Shown here: positions 1-7,858 of the stretch, in pieces
Position numbering within the stretch: the stretch's first letter is position 1
Layout of the letters: each line of letters opens with the position of its first letter
Assembly (NCBI GenBank): GCA_040882355.1
Contig: JBBEBM010000081.1
Location: forward strand, 1-9,588
Direction: 5' to 3'
DNA length: 9,588 nt
Source of the DNA: Dehalococcoidia bacterium
Lineage (GTDB): Bacteria; Chloroflexota; Dehalococcoidia; DSTF01; RBG-16-68-14
The notes under the pieces: model-generated
Seen by the model: the letters and a program-made list of their open reading frames with translations, nothing else
Told to the model about the DNA's origin: nothing
The model's database searches: none
Translations under genes and position numbers: made by a program

Positions 1-213
1 GGCCGCGCGTTCCGCGGCGAGGCCGGCGGCGTACGGCGTGGACTTGCGCGAGCCCTTGAAGCCCACCGTTCCCGCGCTGCCGGACGACAGCACGTTGCCG
101 TTGGGGTCGGTGAGCGTGACCAAGGTGTTGTTGAACGTAGCCTTGATATACGCTCGACCCTTCGGGACGGACTTCTTCTCGCGACGACGCGCACGACTCT
201 TCTTCTCAGCCAC
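1..213 (-). CDS. rpsK: 30S ribosomal protein uS11 (5' part; runs off window start)
   Basis: Not in the ORF track. Manual translation from GTG at 213 gives [71 protein letters not shown], with the S11 signatures ATFNNT and [22 protein letters not shown] lies just upstream, and the gene follows rpsM. Confidence 0.97.
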   Translation of the reverse strand, partial: MAEKKSRARRREKKSVPKGRAYIKATFNNTLVTLTDPNGNVLSSGSAGTVGFKGSRKSTPYAAGLAAERAA

Positions 214-217
214 GCGG

Positions 218-226
218 CTCCTCCTA
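218..226 (-). promoter_or_regulatory. Shine-Dalgarno of rpsK fused to rpsM stop (TAGGAGGAG)
   Basis: TAG-GAGGAG-CCGC-GTG on the minus strand. Confidence 0.8.
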
Positions 227-607
227 CTTCTTGGCCACGGCGCGCCGCTTGCCGGCGACCGTCTTCCGCGGGCCCTTGCGCGCGCGGGCGTTTGTGCGGG
301 TGCGCTGGCCGCGCACCGGCAGCCCGCGCCGGTGACGAACGCCGCGATAGCAGTTGATCTCGATCAGGCGCTGGATATTCTGACGCACCTCGCGCCGAAG
401 GTCGCCTTCGACGGTATGGCTCTTGTCGATGATCTCGCGGACCCGCGCGACTTCGTCGTCGGTCAGGTCGCGCACCTTCGTCGACGGGTCTACCTGCGCC
501 TGCTCGGTGATGAGGCGCGCCGCGGACGGCCCGATCCCGTAGATGTAGCGCAGCGACACGTCGACGCGCTTGTCACGCGGAATATCGATGCCGGCGATTC
601 TTGCCAC
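224..607 (-). CDS. rpsM: 30S ribosomal protein uS13 (127 aa)
   Basis: [15 protein letters not shown]...YIYGIG...EGDLRREV...[23 protein letters not shown]. Start reassigned from the ORF-track 670 to GTG at 607, which follows TAGGAGGAG. The longer start would overlap rpmJ. Confidence 0.97.
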   Translation of the reverse strand: MARIAGIDIPRDKRVDVSLRYIYGIGPSAARLITEQAQVDPSTKVRDLTDDEVARVREIIDKSHTVEGDLRREVRQNIQRLIEINCYRGVRHRRGLPVRGQRTRTNARARKGPRKTVAGKRRAVAKK

Positions 608-611
608 CCGA

Positions 612-620
612 CTCCTCCTA
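612..620 (-). promoter_or_regulatory. Shine-Dalgarno of rpsM fused to rpmJ stop (TAGGAGGAG)
   Basis: TAG-GAGGAG-TCGG-GTG on the minus strand. Confidence 0.8.
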
Positions 621-731
621 GCCCTGGCGCTGCTTGTGCTTGGGGTTGACGCAGATAATCCGCACCACACCGTGGCGGCGGATGATCTGGCACTTTTCGC
701 AGCGGCGTTTGACGGACGCTTGAACCTTCAT
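618..731 (-). CDS. rpmJ: 50S ribosomal protein bL36 (37 aa, Zn-ribbon C+ form)
   Basis: Below the ORF-track size cut-off. Manual translation from ATG(731) to TAG(618) gives [37 protein letters not shown], with CxxC...C...H. Canonical position between infA and rpsM. Confidence 0.97.
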   Translation of the reverse strand: MKVQASVKRRCEKCQIIRRHGVVRIICVNPKHKQRQG

Positions 732-735
732 TGCC

Positions 736-954
736 CTACCTAAATCGGAATGTGATCCGGCCCCGGGTCAGGTCGTAAGGCGACAGCTCCACCAGCACCC
801 TGTCGCCGGGAACGATCTTGATGTAGTGAAGCCGCATCTTGCCTGAAATGTGGGCGAGCACTTCGTGCCCGTTCGGCAGATCGACTCGAAACATGGCATT
901 CGGCAGCGATTCCTTGACGACTCCCTCGACCTCAATCCCGTCCTTCTTTGCCAT
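736..954 (-). CDS. infA: Translation initiation factor IF-1 (72 aa)
   Basis: [24 protein letters not shown]...AHISGKMR...[21 protein letters not shown] is a classic IF-1 sequence. Confidence 0.98.
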   Translation of the reverse strand: MAKKDGIEVEGVVKESLPNAMFRVDLPNGHEVLAHISGKMRLHYIKIVPGDRVLVELSPYDLTRGRITFRFR

Positions 955-961
955 CAGGCGC

Positions 962-1771
962 CTACGCGGGCCTCCCAGCGGTGGCCGGCTCGCGCAGCGT
1001 GGCTGCCAGACCGGCCTCGTCGCTGCGCAGCGTCATCACCTCCGGCGCGCCGTCTGTGATGGCGATGGTGTGTTCGAAGTGGGCGGCCAGGCTGCCATCC
1101 AGCGTGCTCACCGTCCAGCCGTCGTCGTGCTCCTTCGTCTCGAAGGAGCCGGCGGTGAGCATCGGCTCCAGCGCGAGCACCATGCCCTTGCGCAGAACGG
1201 GGCCCACGCCCTCCGGCCCGTAGTTGGGCACCTGCGGCTCCTCGTGCATATCGCGGCCCACGCCGTGTCCTACGTACTTGCGTACGACGCCGAAACGCTG
1301 CGATTCCGCGCAGGCCTGTATTGCGTGCGAGACGGCCCCGAGGCGCGCCCCGGCTGTAGCCTGACGGATGCCGGCCCAGAGCGACTGATGCGTCGCCTCA
1401 ATGAGGCGCCGGGCCTCAGGATCGGTCTGCCCGACCCCAACCGTGAGCGCCGAATCGGCCACGAAGCGCTGGTGCGTAACGCCTAGATCGATACTAACGA
1501 CATCTCCTTCATGGAGCACACGATCCCCTGGTATCGCATGCACGATCTCATCGTTCACAGACACGCAAACATGCGCCGGATACCCGTGGTAGCCGAGGAA
1601 CGTAGGTACCACGCTGCGCCGCTGGAACTCTTTCTCGACTATTGTATCAAGTTTCTTCACTATAAGCCCAGCCCGAACCTCAGCGGCCAGTCGCTCCAGC
1701 ATCTCCGCCAGGATGTGGCCTGCCTCGCGCATGATCGCGATCTCGTCGTCGGACTTAATGATAATTGGCAT
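962..1771 (-). CDS. map: Methionine aminopeptidase type I (269 aa)
   Basis: Motifs [15 protein letters not shown]..(D-x10-D), GHGVG..HEEP, ALEPM and AHFEHT are present, so all five metal ligands are accounted for. Located between adk and infA. Confidence 0.96.
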   Translation of the reverse strand: MPIIIKSDDEIAIMREAGHILAEMLERLAAEVRAGLIVKKLDTIVEKEFQRRSVVPTFLGYHGYPAHVCVSVNDEIVHAIPGDRVLHEGDVVSIDLGVTHQRFVADSALTVGVGQTDPEARRLIEATHQSLWAGIRQATAGARLGAVSHAIQACAESQRFGVVRKYVGHGVGRDMHEEPQVPNYGPEGVGPVLRKGMVLALEPMLTAGSFETKEHDDGWTVSTLDGSLAAHFEHTIAITDGAPEVMTLRSDEAGLAATLREPATAGRPA

Positions 1772-1789
1772 ACACGTTCTCTACAAGCC

Positions 1790-2437
1790 CTAAGCGGCCC
1801 TTTCGATCACACTGAGCAGGTCATCGGTCACCGCGTCCATCTCCTGCTCGCCGTTGACTTCCAGCAGCTTACCCTGTTCTCGATAGTGGGCGAGCATCGC
1901 CTCGGGTGGGCGCTGGCGCTCCAGCCGTTGCCGGATCACCGCCGGCTTGTCGTCGTCTCGCTGGCTGAGCGTGCCCCGACAACGATCGCAGACGCCTGCC
2001 TTGCTGGGTGGGCGGCTGGTCTCCTGATATATCTCGCCACAGTTGGCGCAGAGCCAGCGGCCGCCGAGCCGCCTGACGATCTCATCGTCGGAGGCCGTAA
2101 TCAGCACCGCCGCGTCGGCAGCCTTGCCGTGGCGCGCGAGCGCGTGATCGAGAGCCTGCGCCTGCTGGACGGTGCGCGGGAAGCCGTCGAAGATGACGCC
2201 CTCTTGCGCGTCGGGCTGGGCGATGCGCTCTTCGATCATGGCGATCGTCAACTCGTCAGGCACCAACTCGCCGCGGTCCATGTACTCCTTCGCCTTGCGC
2301 CCCAACTCCGCGCCCTGCTGGACCGCCTCTCGCAACAGGTCCCCGCTCGCGACGTGGAGCAGGCCCAGGCGTTCCGCAATCCGCTTTGCTTGCGTGCCCT
2401 TGCCGGTGCCCGGCGGACCGAGGAGGACCAGATACAC
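1790..2437 (-). CDS. adk: Adenylate kinase, long form with Zn lid (215 aa)
   Basis: P-loop GPPGTGKGTQA, SGDLLR, GELVPD, FDGFPRT, lid C-x2-C-x16-C-x2-C (CANC/CDRC) and QRDDD. GTG start directly after secY. Confidence 0.96.
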   Translation of the reverse strand: MYLVLLGPPGTGKGTQAKRIAERLGLLHVASGDLLREAVQQGAELGRKAKEYMDRGELVPDELTIAMIEERIAQPDAQEGVIFDGFPRTVQQAQALDHALARHGKAADAAVLITASDDEIVRRLGGRWLCANCGEIYQETSRPPSKAGVCDRCRGTLSQRDDDKPAVIRQRLERQRPPEAMLAHYREQGKLLEVNGEQEMDAVTDDLLSVIERAA

Positions 2438-2442
2438 GGCGT

Positions 2443-3801
2443 CTATCGGATGAAGCCCTCGTAGTTGCGCATCATGAGCTGCGCCTCAAGCTGGCGCATC
2501 GTATCGAGCACGACACCAACGACGATGATCAGGCCCGTGCTGCTGATCGTCAACGATTGGACGTCGGTGAAGCGCGTCACCAGCGTGGGAACAATCGCGA
2601 TGATGCCCAGGAAGAGCGCGCCGGCCCAGGTAATTCGCACCAACACGCGCATGATGTACTCGGCGGTCGGCCGGCCGGGCCGGATGCCAGGGATGAACCC
2701 GCCGCTCTTCTGCAGGTTCTCGGCCAAGTTCTGCTGCTGGAAGATCACCAGCGTGTAGAAGAAGGTAAAGATGACCACCAGCAAGAAGACCGTGACCATA
2801 TAGAGACCGGATCGCGGATCGAACCAGTCGACGACGAAGTTCGAGACGTCCTGGATCCACGGCGTCTCACTTTGATTGGCCATGAAGTCCGCCGCTGCTG
2901 ACGGAAAGATCACCACCGAGAAGGCGAAGATGAGCGGAATCATGCCGGCCGAGTTCACGCGCAGCGGAATATGGCTCTGCCCGGACTGCCGGTACATCCG
3001 GCCCGATCTGAAGACGCTGCGGGCATATTGAACGGGGATCCGTCGCTGCGCCTCCTGGACGAAGACGATGGCGAACAGGAGAACGATGCCGATGGCGAAC
3101 AGCGCGATGATGCCGAAGAAGCCCACGGAGGAGTTCCAGATGTTCGGCAGGGTTGCCGGTAAGCCCGCCACGATCCCGCCGAAGATGATAAGCGAAATGC
3201 CGTTGCCGATACCGTTCTCAGTAATCAGCTCTCCAAGCCAGACCAGGAACATCGTACCCGCCACCATCGCCACAACGGCGGTGATAGTGGGCAGCGCATC
3301 CGGCCCGGTGAAGCCCACGCTGTAGGTGAGCACACCGCCGGAGCCCCCGCGGTTGAGGATGATGAGCTGGCTGTAGCCCTGGACCACGGCCATGGGCACC
3401 GCCAGGTAGTGCGTGTAGCGTTGAATCTGGCGGCGCCCCTGCTCTCCCTCGCGCGACAGAGACTGCAAGCTGGGGATGATGGGCACCAGCAGGTTCATGA
3501 TGATCTGCGACGTGATGTACGGATACACGCCCAGGGACGCGACGCTAAGCTGACGGAGCGCGCCACCGCTAAAGAGGTTGAGCGTTCCCAGGATGGCGTT
3601 GTCCTCGAACGCATCCGCAAGCGCGGCCGTGTTCACGCCGGGAATGGGGATGTGCGCGACAAAACGGAACACCACGAGCAGCGCGAGCGTGTACACCAGC
3701 TTCTGCCGGACGTCCGGCTGCTGAAACGCGTCGACCATCGCCTGAAGGAGGCGCGGCCGGGTGGCGGTGTTAGCCCTCGCTCGTCTCGCTACCGTTGCCA
3801 T
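2443..3801 (-). CDS. secY: Preprotein translocase subunit SecY (452 aa)
   Basis: Motifs HIPIPG, NLFSGGAL, LGVYPYITSQII, WLGELITENGIGNGISLIIF, RRIPVQY, SAGMIPLIFA and FIPGIRPG, with many hydrophobic segments. ATG at 3801 is preceded by GAGGA and overlaps the rplO end by 32 nt, so the exact start is less certain. Confidence 0.97.
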   Translation of the reverse strand: MATVARRARANTATRPRLLQAMVDAFQQPDVRQKLVYTLALLVVFRFVAHIPIPGVNTAALADAFEDNAILGTLNLFSGGALRQLSVASLGVYPYITSQIIMNLLVPIIPSLQSLSREGEQGRRQIQRYTHYLAVPMAVVQGYSQLIILNRGGSGGVLTYSVGFTGPDALPTITAVVAMVAGTMFLVWLGELITENGIGNGISLIIFGGIVAGLPATLPNIWNSSVGFFGIIALFAIGIVLLFAIVFVQEAQRRIPVQYARSVFRSGRMYRQSGQSHIPLRVNSAGMIPLIFAFSVVIFPSAAADFMANQSETPWIQDVSNFVVDWFDPRSGLYMVTVFLLVVIFTFFYTLVIFQQQNLAENLQKSGGFIPGIRPGRPTAEYIMRVLVRITWAGALFLGIIAIVPTLVTRFTDVQSLTISSTGLIIVVGVVLDTMRQLEAQLMMRNYEGFIR

Positions 3802-4357
3802 TACTGTCCTCGGCGGCGCCCTCGCTCTCGGCGGCGGGCGCTTCTATCGCTTTCTCCGACGTCCGCGCCTTTGCCTTCCCACGCTTTCGCCTGTCCTCCG
3901 GCGCGCGGCGGGCCGTGAGCTCTTCGACCGTTCCGCCGGCGGCCTCGATCTTCGTCCTAGCAGCGGCGGAGACGCGGTGCGCGCGCACCAGGAGCGGCAC
4001 CGTCACTTCGCCTTCGGCCAGGAGCTTGATCGGCAGCTTGCCCGTCCGCACCACGCCCATCTCCAGCAGCGCGTCCGGCGTGACCTCGCTTGAAGCGGGG
4101 AACTTCGCCAGATCGCGCAGGTTGACGGGCGCATATTCGACTCGAAACGGATTGCGAAAGCCTCGGCGAACCGGCAGGCGGCGAATGAGCGGCGTTTGGC
4201 CGCCTTCGAAGCCGGGACGAGGGCCGGAACCGGCGCGGGCCTGCTGGCCCTTCAGTCCCTTGCCCGCGTACGTTCCGTTGCCGCTGGCGTTGCCGCGCCC
4301 GACGCGCTTGCGCGCCCTCGTGGCGCCGCGCGCGGGTCGGAGCTCATGCTGTTCCAC
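3770..4357 (-). CDS. rplO: 50S ribosomal protein uL15 with ~48-aa C-terminal extension (195 aa)
   Basis: RKRVGRGNASGNGTYAGKGLKGQQARAG, GFEGGQTPL, KLLAEG and KIEAAGG. GTG start 2 nt after the rpmD stop. Confidence 0.96.
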   Translation of the reverse strand: MEQHELRPARGATRARKRVGRGNASGNGTYAGKGLKGQQARAGSGPRPGFEGGQTPLIRRLPVRRGFRNPFRVEYAPVNLRDLAKFPASSEVTPDALLEMGVVRTGKLPIKLLAEGEVTVPLLVRAHRVSAAARTKIEAAGGTVEELTARRAPEDRRKRGKAKARTSEKAIEAPAAESEGAAEDSNGNGSETSEG

Positions 4358-4359
4358 GA

Positions 4360-4545
4360 CTACTCCTCCGCCTCTTCCACGGCCACCAGGTGCTGCACTT
4401 TGTGTATCATACCACGCAGCGAAGGTGAGTCGCTATGCTCCACTGACCGGCCCAACCGGCGCAGCCCGAGCGCTTCGATCGTGCGCTTCTGGTCGATCTT
4501 GTGGCCGGAGGCGCTGCGTACCCAGGTGATGCGGACCTTAGCCAC
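4360..4545 (-). CDS. rpmD: 50S ribosomal protein uL30 (61 aa)
   Basis: [12 protein letters not shown]...TIEALGLRR...[14 protein letters not shown] start overlaps the rpsE end by 8 nt. Confidence 0.96.
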   Translation of the reverse strand: MAKVRITWVRSASGHKIDQKRTIEALGLRRLGRSVEHSDSPSLRGMIHKVQHLVAVEEAEE

Positions 4546-5080
4546 GGGCCGCCTCCTCCGCCTTCACGCGCAGCATCTGGGCCGCGCTCTTGCGCTTGGC
4601 GACAGCGTCCTCAGGCTGGCGAAGGCTCGCCAGGCCCTGGATCGTCGCCCGAACGACGTTTACCGGGTTCGCGCTCCCGAGCGACTTGCTGAGGATGTCG
4701 CGGATGCCAGCCGCCTCGATCACGGCTCGAACGCCTCCACCCGCGATCACGCCGGTGCCCGCAGAAGCAGGCTTCATCAGAACCTTGGCCGCGCTGTAAC
4801 GCGAGACCACCTCGTGCGGGATCGTCGCGTCGCGCATCGGCACGTGGATCAGGTTGCGCCGGGCGATGCTGGCGCCCTTACGAATGGCTTCAGGCACTTC
4901 GTGGGCCTTGCCCAAGCCGGCGCCGACGCGTCCCTGGCCGTCACCCACGACGACGAGGGCGCTGAAGTTGAACCGCCGGCCACCCTTCACCACCTTTGCG
5001 ACGCGGTTGATGTAGACGACCTTCTCGGTCAGCTCGATCTCGCGCTCTTCAGGCTCGTAAACGTGTCCTTGTGTAACCAT
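4538..5080 (-). CDS. rpsE: 30S ribosomal protein uS5 (180 aa)
   Basis: [47 protein letters not shown] and [10 protein letters not shown]. Start reassigned from the ORF-track 5314 to ATG at 5080, which follows TAGGAGGAG. Confidence 0.97.
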   Translation of the reverse strand: MVTQGHVYEPEEREIELTEKVVYINRVAKVVKGGRRFNFSALVVVGDGQGRVGAGLGKAHEVPEAIRKGASIARRNLIHVPMRDATIPHEVVSRYSAAKVLMKPASAGTGVIAGGGVRAVIEAAGIRDILSKSLGSANPVNVVRATIQGLASLRQPEDAVAKRKSAAQMLRVKAEEAARG

Positions 5081-5081
5081 T

Positions 5082-5090
5082 CTCCTCCTA
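5082..5090 (-). promoter_or_regulatory. Shine-Dalgarno of rpsE fused to rplR stop (TAGGAGGAG)
   Basis: TAG-GAGGAG-A-ATG on the minus strand. Confidence 0.75.
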
Positions 5091-5456
5091 GAAGGTGAGG
5101 CCGGACTCCCGGGCGCCGTCGGCCAGCGCCTTGACGCGGCCATGGTACTGGTAGCCGGCCCGGTCGAAGACGACCTCACCGACGCCACGCTCCTTCGCCC
5201 GCTCGGCGACGAGTTGGCCAACGAGCTTCGCGACGTCCATCTTGCGTTTGCCGTTGAGCTGCGCTTTCGTCGTGGCCTCCAAATCGGAGGCGGCTGCGAG
5301 CGTCTGACCGGCATCGTCGTCGATCACCTGAGCGTAGATGTGCGACAGGCTCCGGTAGACGGCGAGGCGCGGCCGCTGGGCCGTACCACGCACCTTCTTG
5401 CGCACACGCAGGTGGCGGCGCAGTCTGGCGGCATAAGCAGTCTTCTGGCGCTTCAT
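5088..5456 (-). CDS. rplR: 50S ribosomal protein uL18 (122 aa)
   Basis: [20 protein letters not shown] and [28 protein letters not shown]. Confidence 0.97.
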   Translation of the reverse strand: MKRQKTAYAARLRRHLRVRKKVRGTAQRPRLAVYRSLSHIYAQVIDDDAGQTLAAASDLEATTKAQLNGKRKMDVAKLVGQLVAERAKERGVGEVVFDRAGYQYHGRVKALADGARESGLTF

Positions 5457-5462
5457 CGTGGT

Positions 5463-6008
5463 CTAGTGCAGCGTCTTGCCGGCCTTGCCGGCCTTTCGTC
5501 GCACGTACTCTCCTTCGTAGCGGATACCCTTGCCCTTGTAGGGCTCCGGCTTGCGGATGCCACGAATCTCCGCGGCGATCTGCCCGACCAACTCCTTGTC
5601 GACGCCGCGGACGTGGATGCGATTCGTACCGTCCACCTCCAACGTGATCCCCTCGGGCGGCTTGACGTCGACTGGGTGCGAGTAACCGACCAGGATCTGG
5701 ACCGCCGAGCCCATCTGCTGCGCGCGATAGCCGACGCCGTGCAACTCCAGCGTCTTGCTGAAGCCGGTGTCGACGCCGGTGACCATGTTCGCAAGCAGGG
5801 CTCGCGTGAGGCCATGGAGCGCGCGGTGGCGCGGCTGGTCGCTCGGCCGGGTCACGAGCAACCGCCCGTCGTCCAGATGCACGCGCATGTCGGGCGGTAG
5901 CTGACGGCGCAGCTCACCCTTCGGACCGCGGATCGTGATCGAGTCGTCCTCGATCTGCGCCTGCACGGAGCTTGGAAGTGGGATCGGTTGCTTGCCGATT
6001 CGCGACAT
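5463..6008 (-). CDS. rplF: 50S ribosomal protein uL6 (181 aa)
   Basis: MSRIGKQPI, GPKGEL, HGLTRAL, GVGYRA, GYSHPV and RKPEPYKGKGIRY. Confidence 0.98.
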   Translation of the reverse strand: MSRIGKQPIPLPSSVQAQIEDDSITIRGPKGELRRQLPPDMRVHLDDGRLLVTRPSDQPRHRALHGLTRALLANMVTGVDTGFSKTLELHGVGYRAQQMGSAVQILVGYSHPVDVKPPEGITLEVDGTNRIHVRGVDKELVGQIAAEIRGIRKPEPYKGKGIRYEGEYVRRKAGKAGKTLH

Positions 6009-6018
6009 CTTTAGTCAC

Positions 6019-6417
6019 CTACCATACGTAACAGAGCACTTCGCCGCCGGTCTGCTGGCGCCAGGCCTGCTGTCCGGTCATCACGCCCTTCGGCGTCGAC
6101 AGGATAGCGATGCCCAGCCCGTTGTAGACGCGCGGGATCTCTCGCTTTTGGACGTAGACCCGGAGTCCGGGACGGCTGACGCGCTTCAGCCCGCTGAGGA
6201 GCGGCTCGCGGCTGGCGGAGTAGGCCAGGTGGACCCGCAGGAAGCGTCGCGCGCCCTCCTCGAACGACTCGTAGTCGCGGACGAAGCCTTCCTCCTTGAG
6301 CACCTTGGCGATGGAGGAGCGCATCTTGGACGCCGGAATGTTCACGTAATCGTGGCGCGCGACGATCGCGTTCCGAATGCGGGTCAGCATGTCAGCGATC
6401 GGGTCAGTCATGGTCAT
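6019..6417 (-). CDS. rpsH: 30S ribosomal protein uS8 (132 aa)
   Basis: TDPIADMLTRIRNA, RVSRPGLRVY, GLGIAILSTPKGVMT and GGEVLCYVW. Confidence 0.98.
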   Translation of the reverse strand: MTMTDPIADMLTRIRNAIVARHDYVNIPASKMRSSIAKVLKEEGFVRDYESFEEGARRFLRVHLAYSASREPLLSGLKRVSRPGLRVYVQKREIPRVYNGLGIAILSTPKGVMTGQQAWRQQTGGEVLCYVW

Positions 6418-6430
6418 CGCTGCTCACCCC

Positions 6431-6616
6431 CTACCAGCTAGACTTCTTTACGCCCGGCAGCTTGCCTTCCAGCGCGAGCTGCCGGAAGCAGATGCGGCAC
6501 AACGCGAAGTAGCGCATGAACGCGCGCGGACGCCCGCACACCTGGCAGCGACGCACGGTGCGGCTACTGTACTTGGGCGGACGCTGGGCCTTCAGCACGA
6601 GCGATTTCTTGGCCAC
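6431..6616 (-). CDS. rpsZ: 30S ribosomal protein uS14, short Zn-binding type Z (61 aa)
   Basis: MAKKS...RCQVCGRPR...[10 protein letters not shown]...PGVKKSSW has two CxxC motifs and the 61-aa length of the type Z (C+) form. GTG start after TAGGAGG. Confidence 0.97.
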   Translation of the reverse strand: MAKKSLVLKAQRPPKYSSRTVRRCQVCGRPRAFMRYFALCRICFRQLALEGKLPGVKKSSW

Positions 6617-6620
6617 GATG

Positions 6621-6627
6621 CCTCCTA
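6621..6627 (-). promoter_or_regulatory. Shine-Dalgarno of rpsZ fused to rplE stop (TAGGAGG)
   Basis: TAG-GAGG-CATC-GTG on the minus strand. Confidence 0.75.
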
Positions 6628-7173
6628 CGTCCCTCGACTGAACGGCATGCCGAGCAGCTCCAGAAGCCGTTTTCCTTCTTCATCGCTCTTGGCGCTGGTG
6701 ACGATATTGATCTGCATGCCGCGAACGCGGTCCACTTTGTCGTACTCGATCTCCGGGAAGATGAGCTGCTCCCGGATGCCCAGGCTGAAGCTACCGCGAC
6801 CGTCGAACGCCTTGGGCGACACGCCGCGAAAGTCTCGGATGCGGGGCAGCGCCGCGTTGAGCAGCCGGTCTAGGAACTCCCACATGCGGTCGCCGCGCAT
6901 CGTCACCATCGCGCCGATCGGGTTGCCTTCGCGGATCTTGAAGTTGGCGATGGAACGCTTGGCGCGCGTGATCACCGCCTTCTGGCCGGTGATCGTCCCC
7001 ATGTCCTGAGAAGCGGCGTCCAGCGCCTTCGCGTTCTGGATCGCCTCCCCCAGACCGATGTTGATTACGACCTTCCGCACACGCGGCACCTGCATCACGT
7101 TCGCGTAGCTGAACTCCCGCATGAACGTCGGGACGATCTCCTCTCGGTAACGTTCCTTGAGTCTAGGCGCCAT
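6625..7173 (-). CDS. rplE: 50S ribosomal protein uL5 (182 aa)
   Basis: [44 protein letters not shown] and [11 protein letters not shown]. Start reassigned to ATG at 7173, 2 nt after the rplX stop. Confidence 0.97.
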   Translation of the reverse strand: MAPRLKERYREEIVPTFMREFSYANVMQVPRVRKVVINIGLGEAIQNAKALDAASQDMGTITGQKAVITRAKRSIANFKIREGNPIGAMVTMRGDRMWEFLDRLLNAALPRIRDFRGVSPKAFDGRGSFSLGIREQLIFPEIEYDKVDRVRGMQINIVTSAKSDEEGKRLLELLGMPFSRGT

Positions 7174-7175
7174 GG

Positions 7176-7490
7176 CTAGTCGATGTCCTCGGAGCACAGG
7201 TGGCAGACGCGCACCTTCACGCCGTCAGGCCGCACCCTGAAGCCAACATGCGTCGGCTTCAGACAGGTACGACAGATTAGCTTGACGTTCGAGATGTGGA
7301 TCGGCCCTTCCTTCTCGATGATCCCGGCGGGCTCTCGCTCCGAGCGCTGGCGCTGATGGCGCTTTACCATGTTCAAGCCCGACACGATCAGGCGTTCGGC
7401 CTGCACGTAGACTTCGCGCACCTGGCCTTGCTTCCCGCGTTCCTTGCCGGCGATCACCAGCACCTGGTCGTCGCGCTTGATCTTGCGCAT
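7176..7490 (-). CDS. rplX: 50S ribosomal protein uL24 (104 aa) with CxxC...CxxC motif
   Basis: KOW-like [27 protein letters not shown] and [14 protein letters not shown]. The start overlaps the rplN stop (TGATG). Confidence 0.97.
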   Translation of the reverse strand: MRKIKRDDQVLVIAGKERGKQGQVREVYVQAERLIVSGLNMVKRHQRQRSEREPAGIIEKEGPIHISNVKLICRTCLKPTHVGFRVRPDGVKVRVCHLCSEDID

Positions 7491-7858
7491 CAGACAACCT
7501 CCGGCGCGAGCGAGATGATCTTCATGAAGCGCCGTTCGCGCAGCTCGCGGGCCACCGGGCCGAAGATGCGCGTGCCACGCGGGTTCTCCTTGTCGGCCAG
7601 CACCACCGCCGCGTTCTCATCGAACCTGATGGACGAGCCGTCCTTGCGCTGCCAGCCCTTGGCGGTGCGCACAACGACAGCGCGCACGACCTCGCCCTTC
7701 TTCACAGCAGCGCCCGGCTGCGCCTGCTTCACCGAGGCGACGATGATGTCGCCGACGTGCGCGTAGCGACGCCTCGTGCCGCCCAGCACCTGAATGCACA
7801 TGATCTGCCGCGCGCCTGAGTTATCGGCCACCTTGAGGCGCGTGAACTTCTGGATCAC
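7490..7858 (-). CDS. rplN: 50S ribosomal protein uL14 (122 aa)
   Basis: [45 protein letters not shown] and KIISLAPEV. The GTG start overlaps the rpsQ stop (GTGA). Confidence 0.98.
   Translation of the reverse strand: MIQKFTRLKVADNSGARQIMCIQVLGGTRRRYAHVGDIIVASVKQAQPGAAVKKGEVVRAVVVRTAKGWQRKDGSSIRFDENAAVVLADKENPRGTRIFGPVARELRERRFMKIISLAPEVV

Noticed and set aside
3799..3803. TAATG at the secY start suggesting an rplO frameshift or sequencing error
   Set aside because: The TAA is not in the rplO frame, and the tail keeps a consistent A/E-rich composition up to this point. No slippery site is evident, so coincidence is more likely, though reads would settle it.
4538..5314. ORF-track N-terminal extensions of S5 (258 aa), S13 (148 aa), L5 (190 aa) and L29 (87 aa)
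   Set aside because: The upstream parts overlap the preceding genes and are not homologous. Downstream starts next to the preceding stop give normal N-termini.
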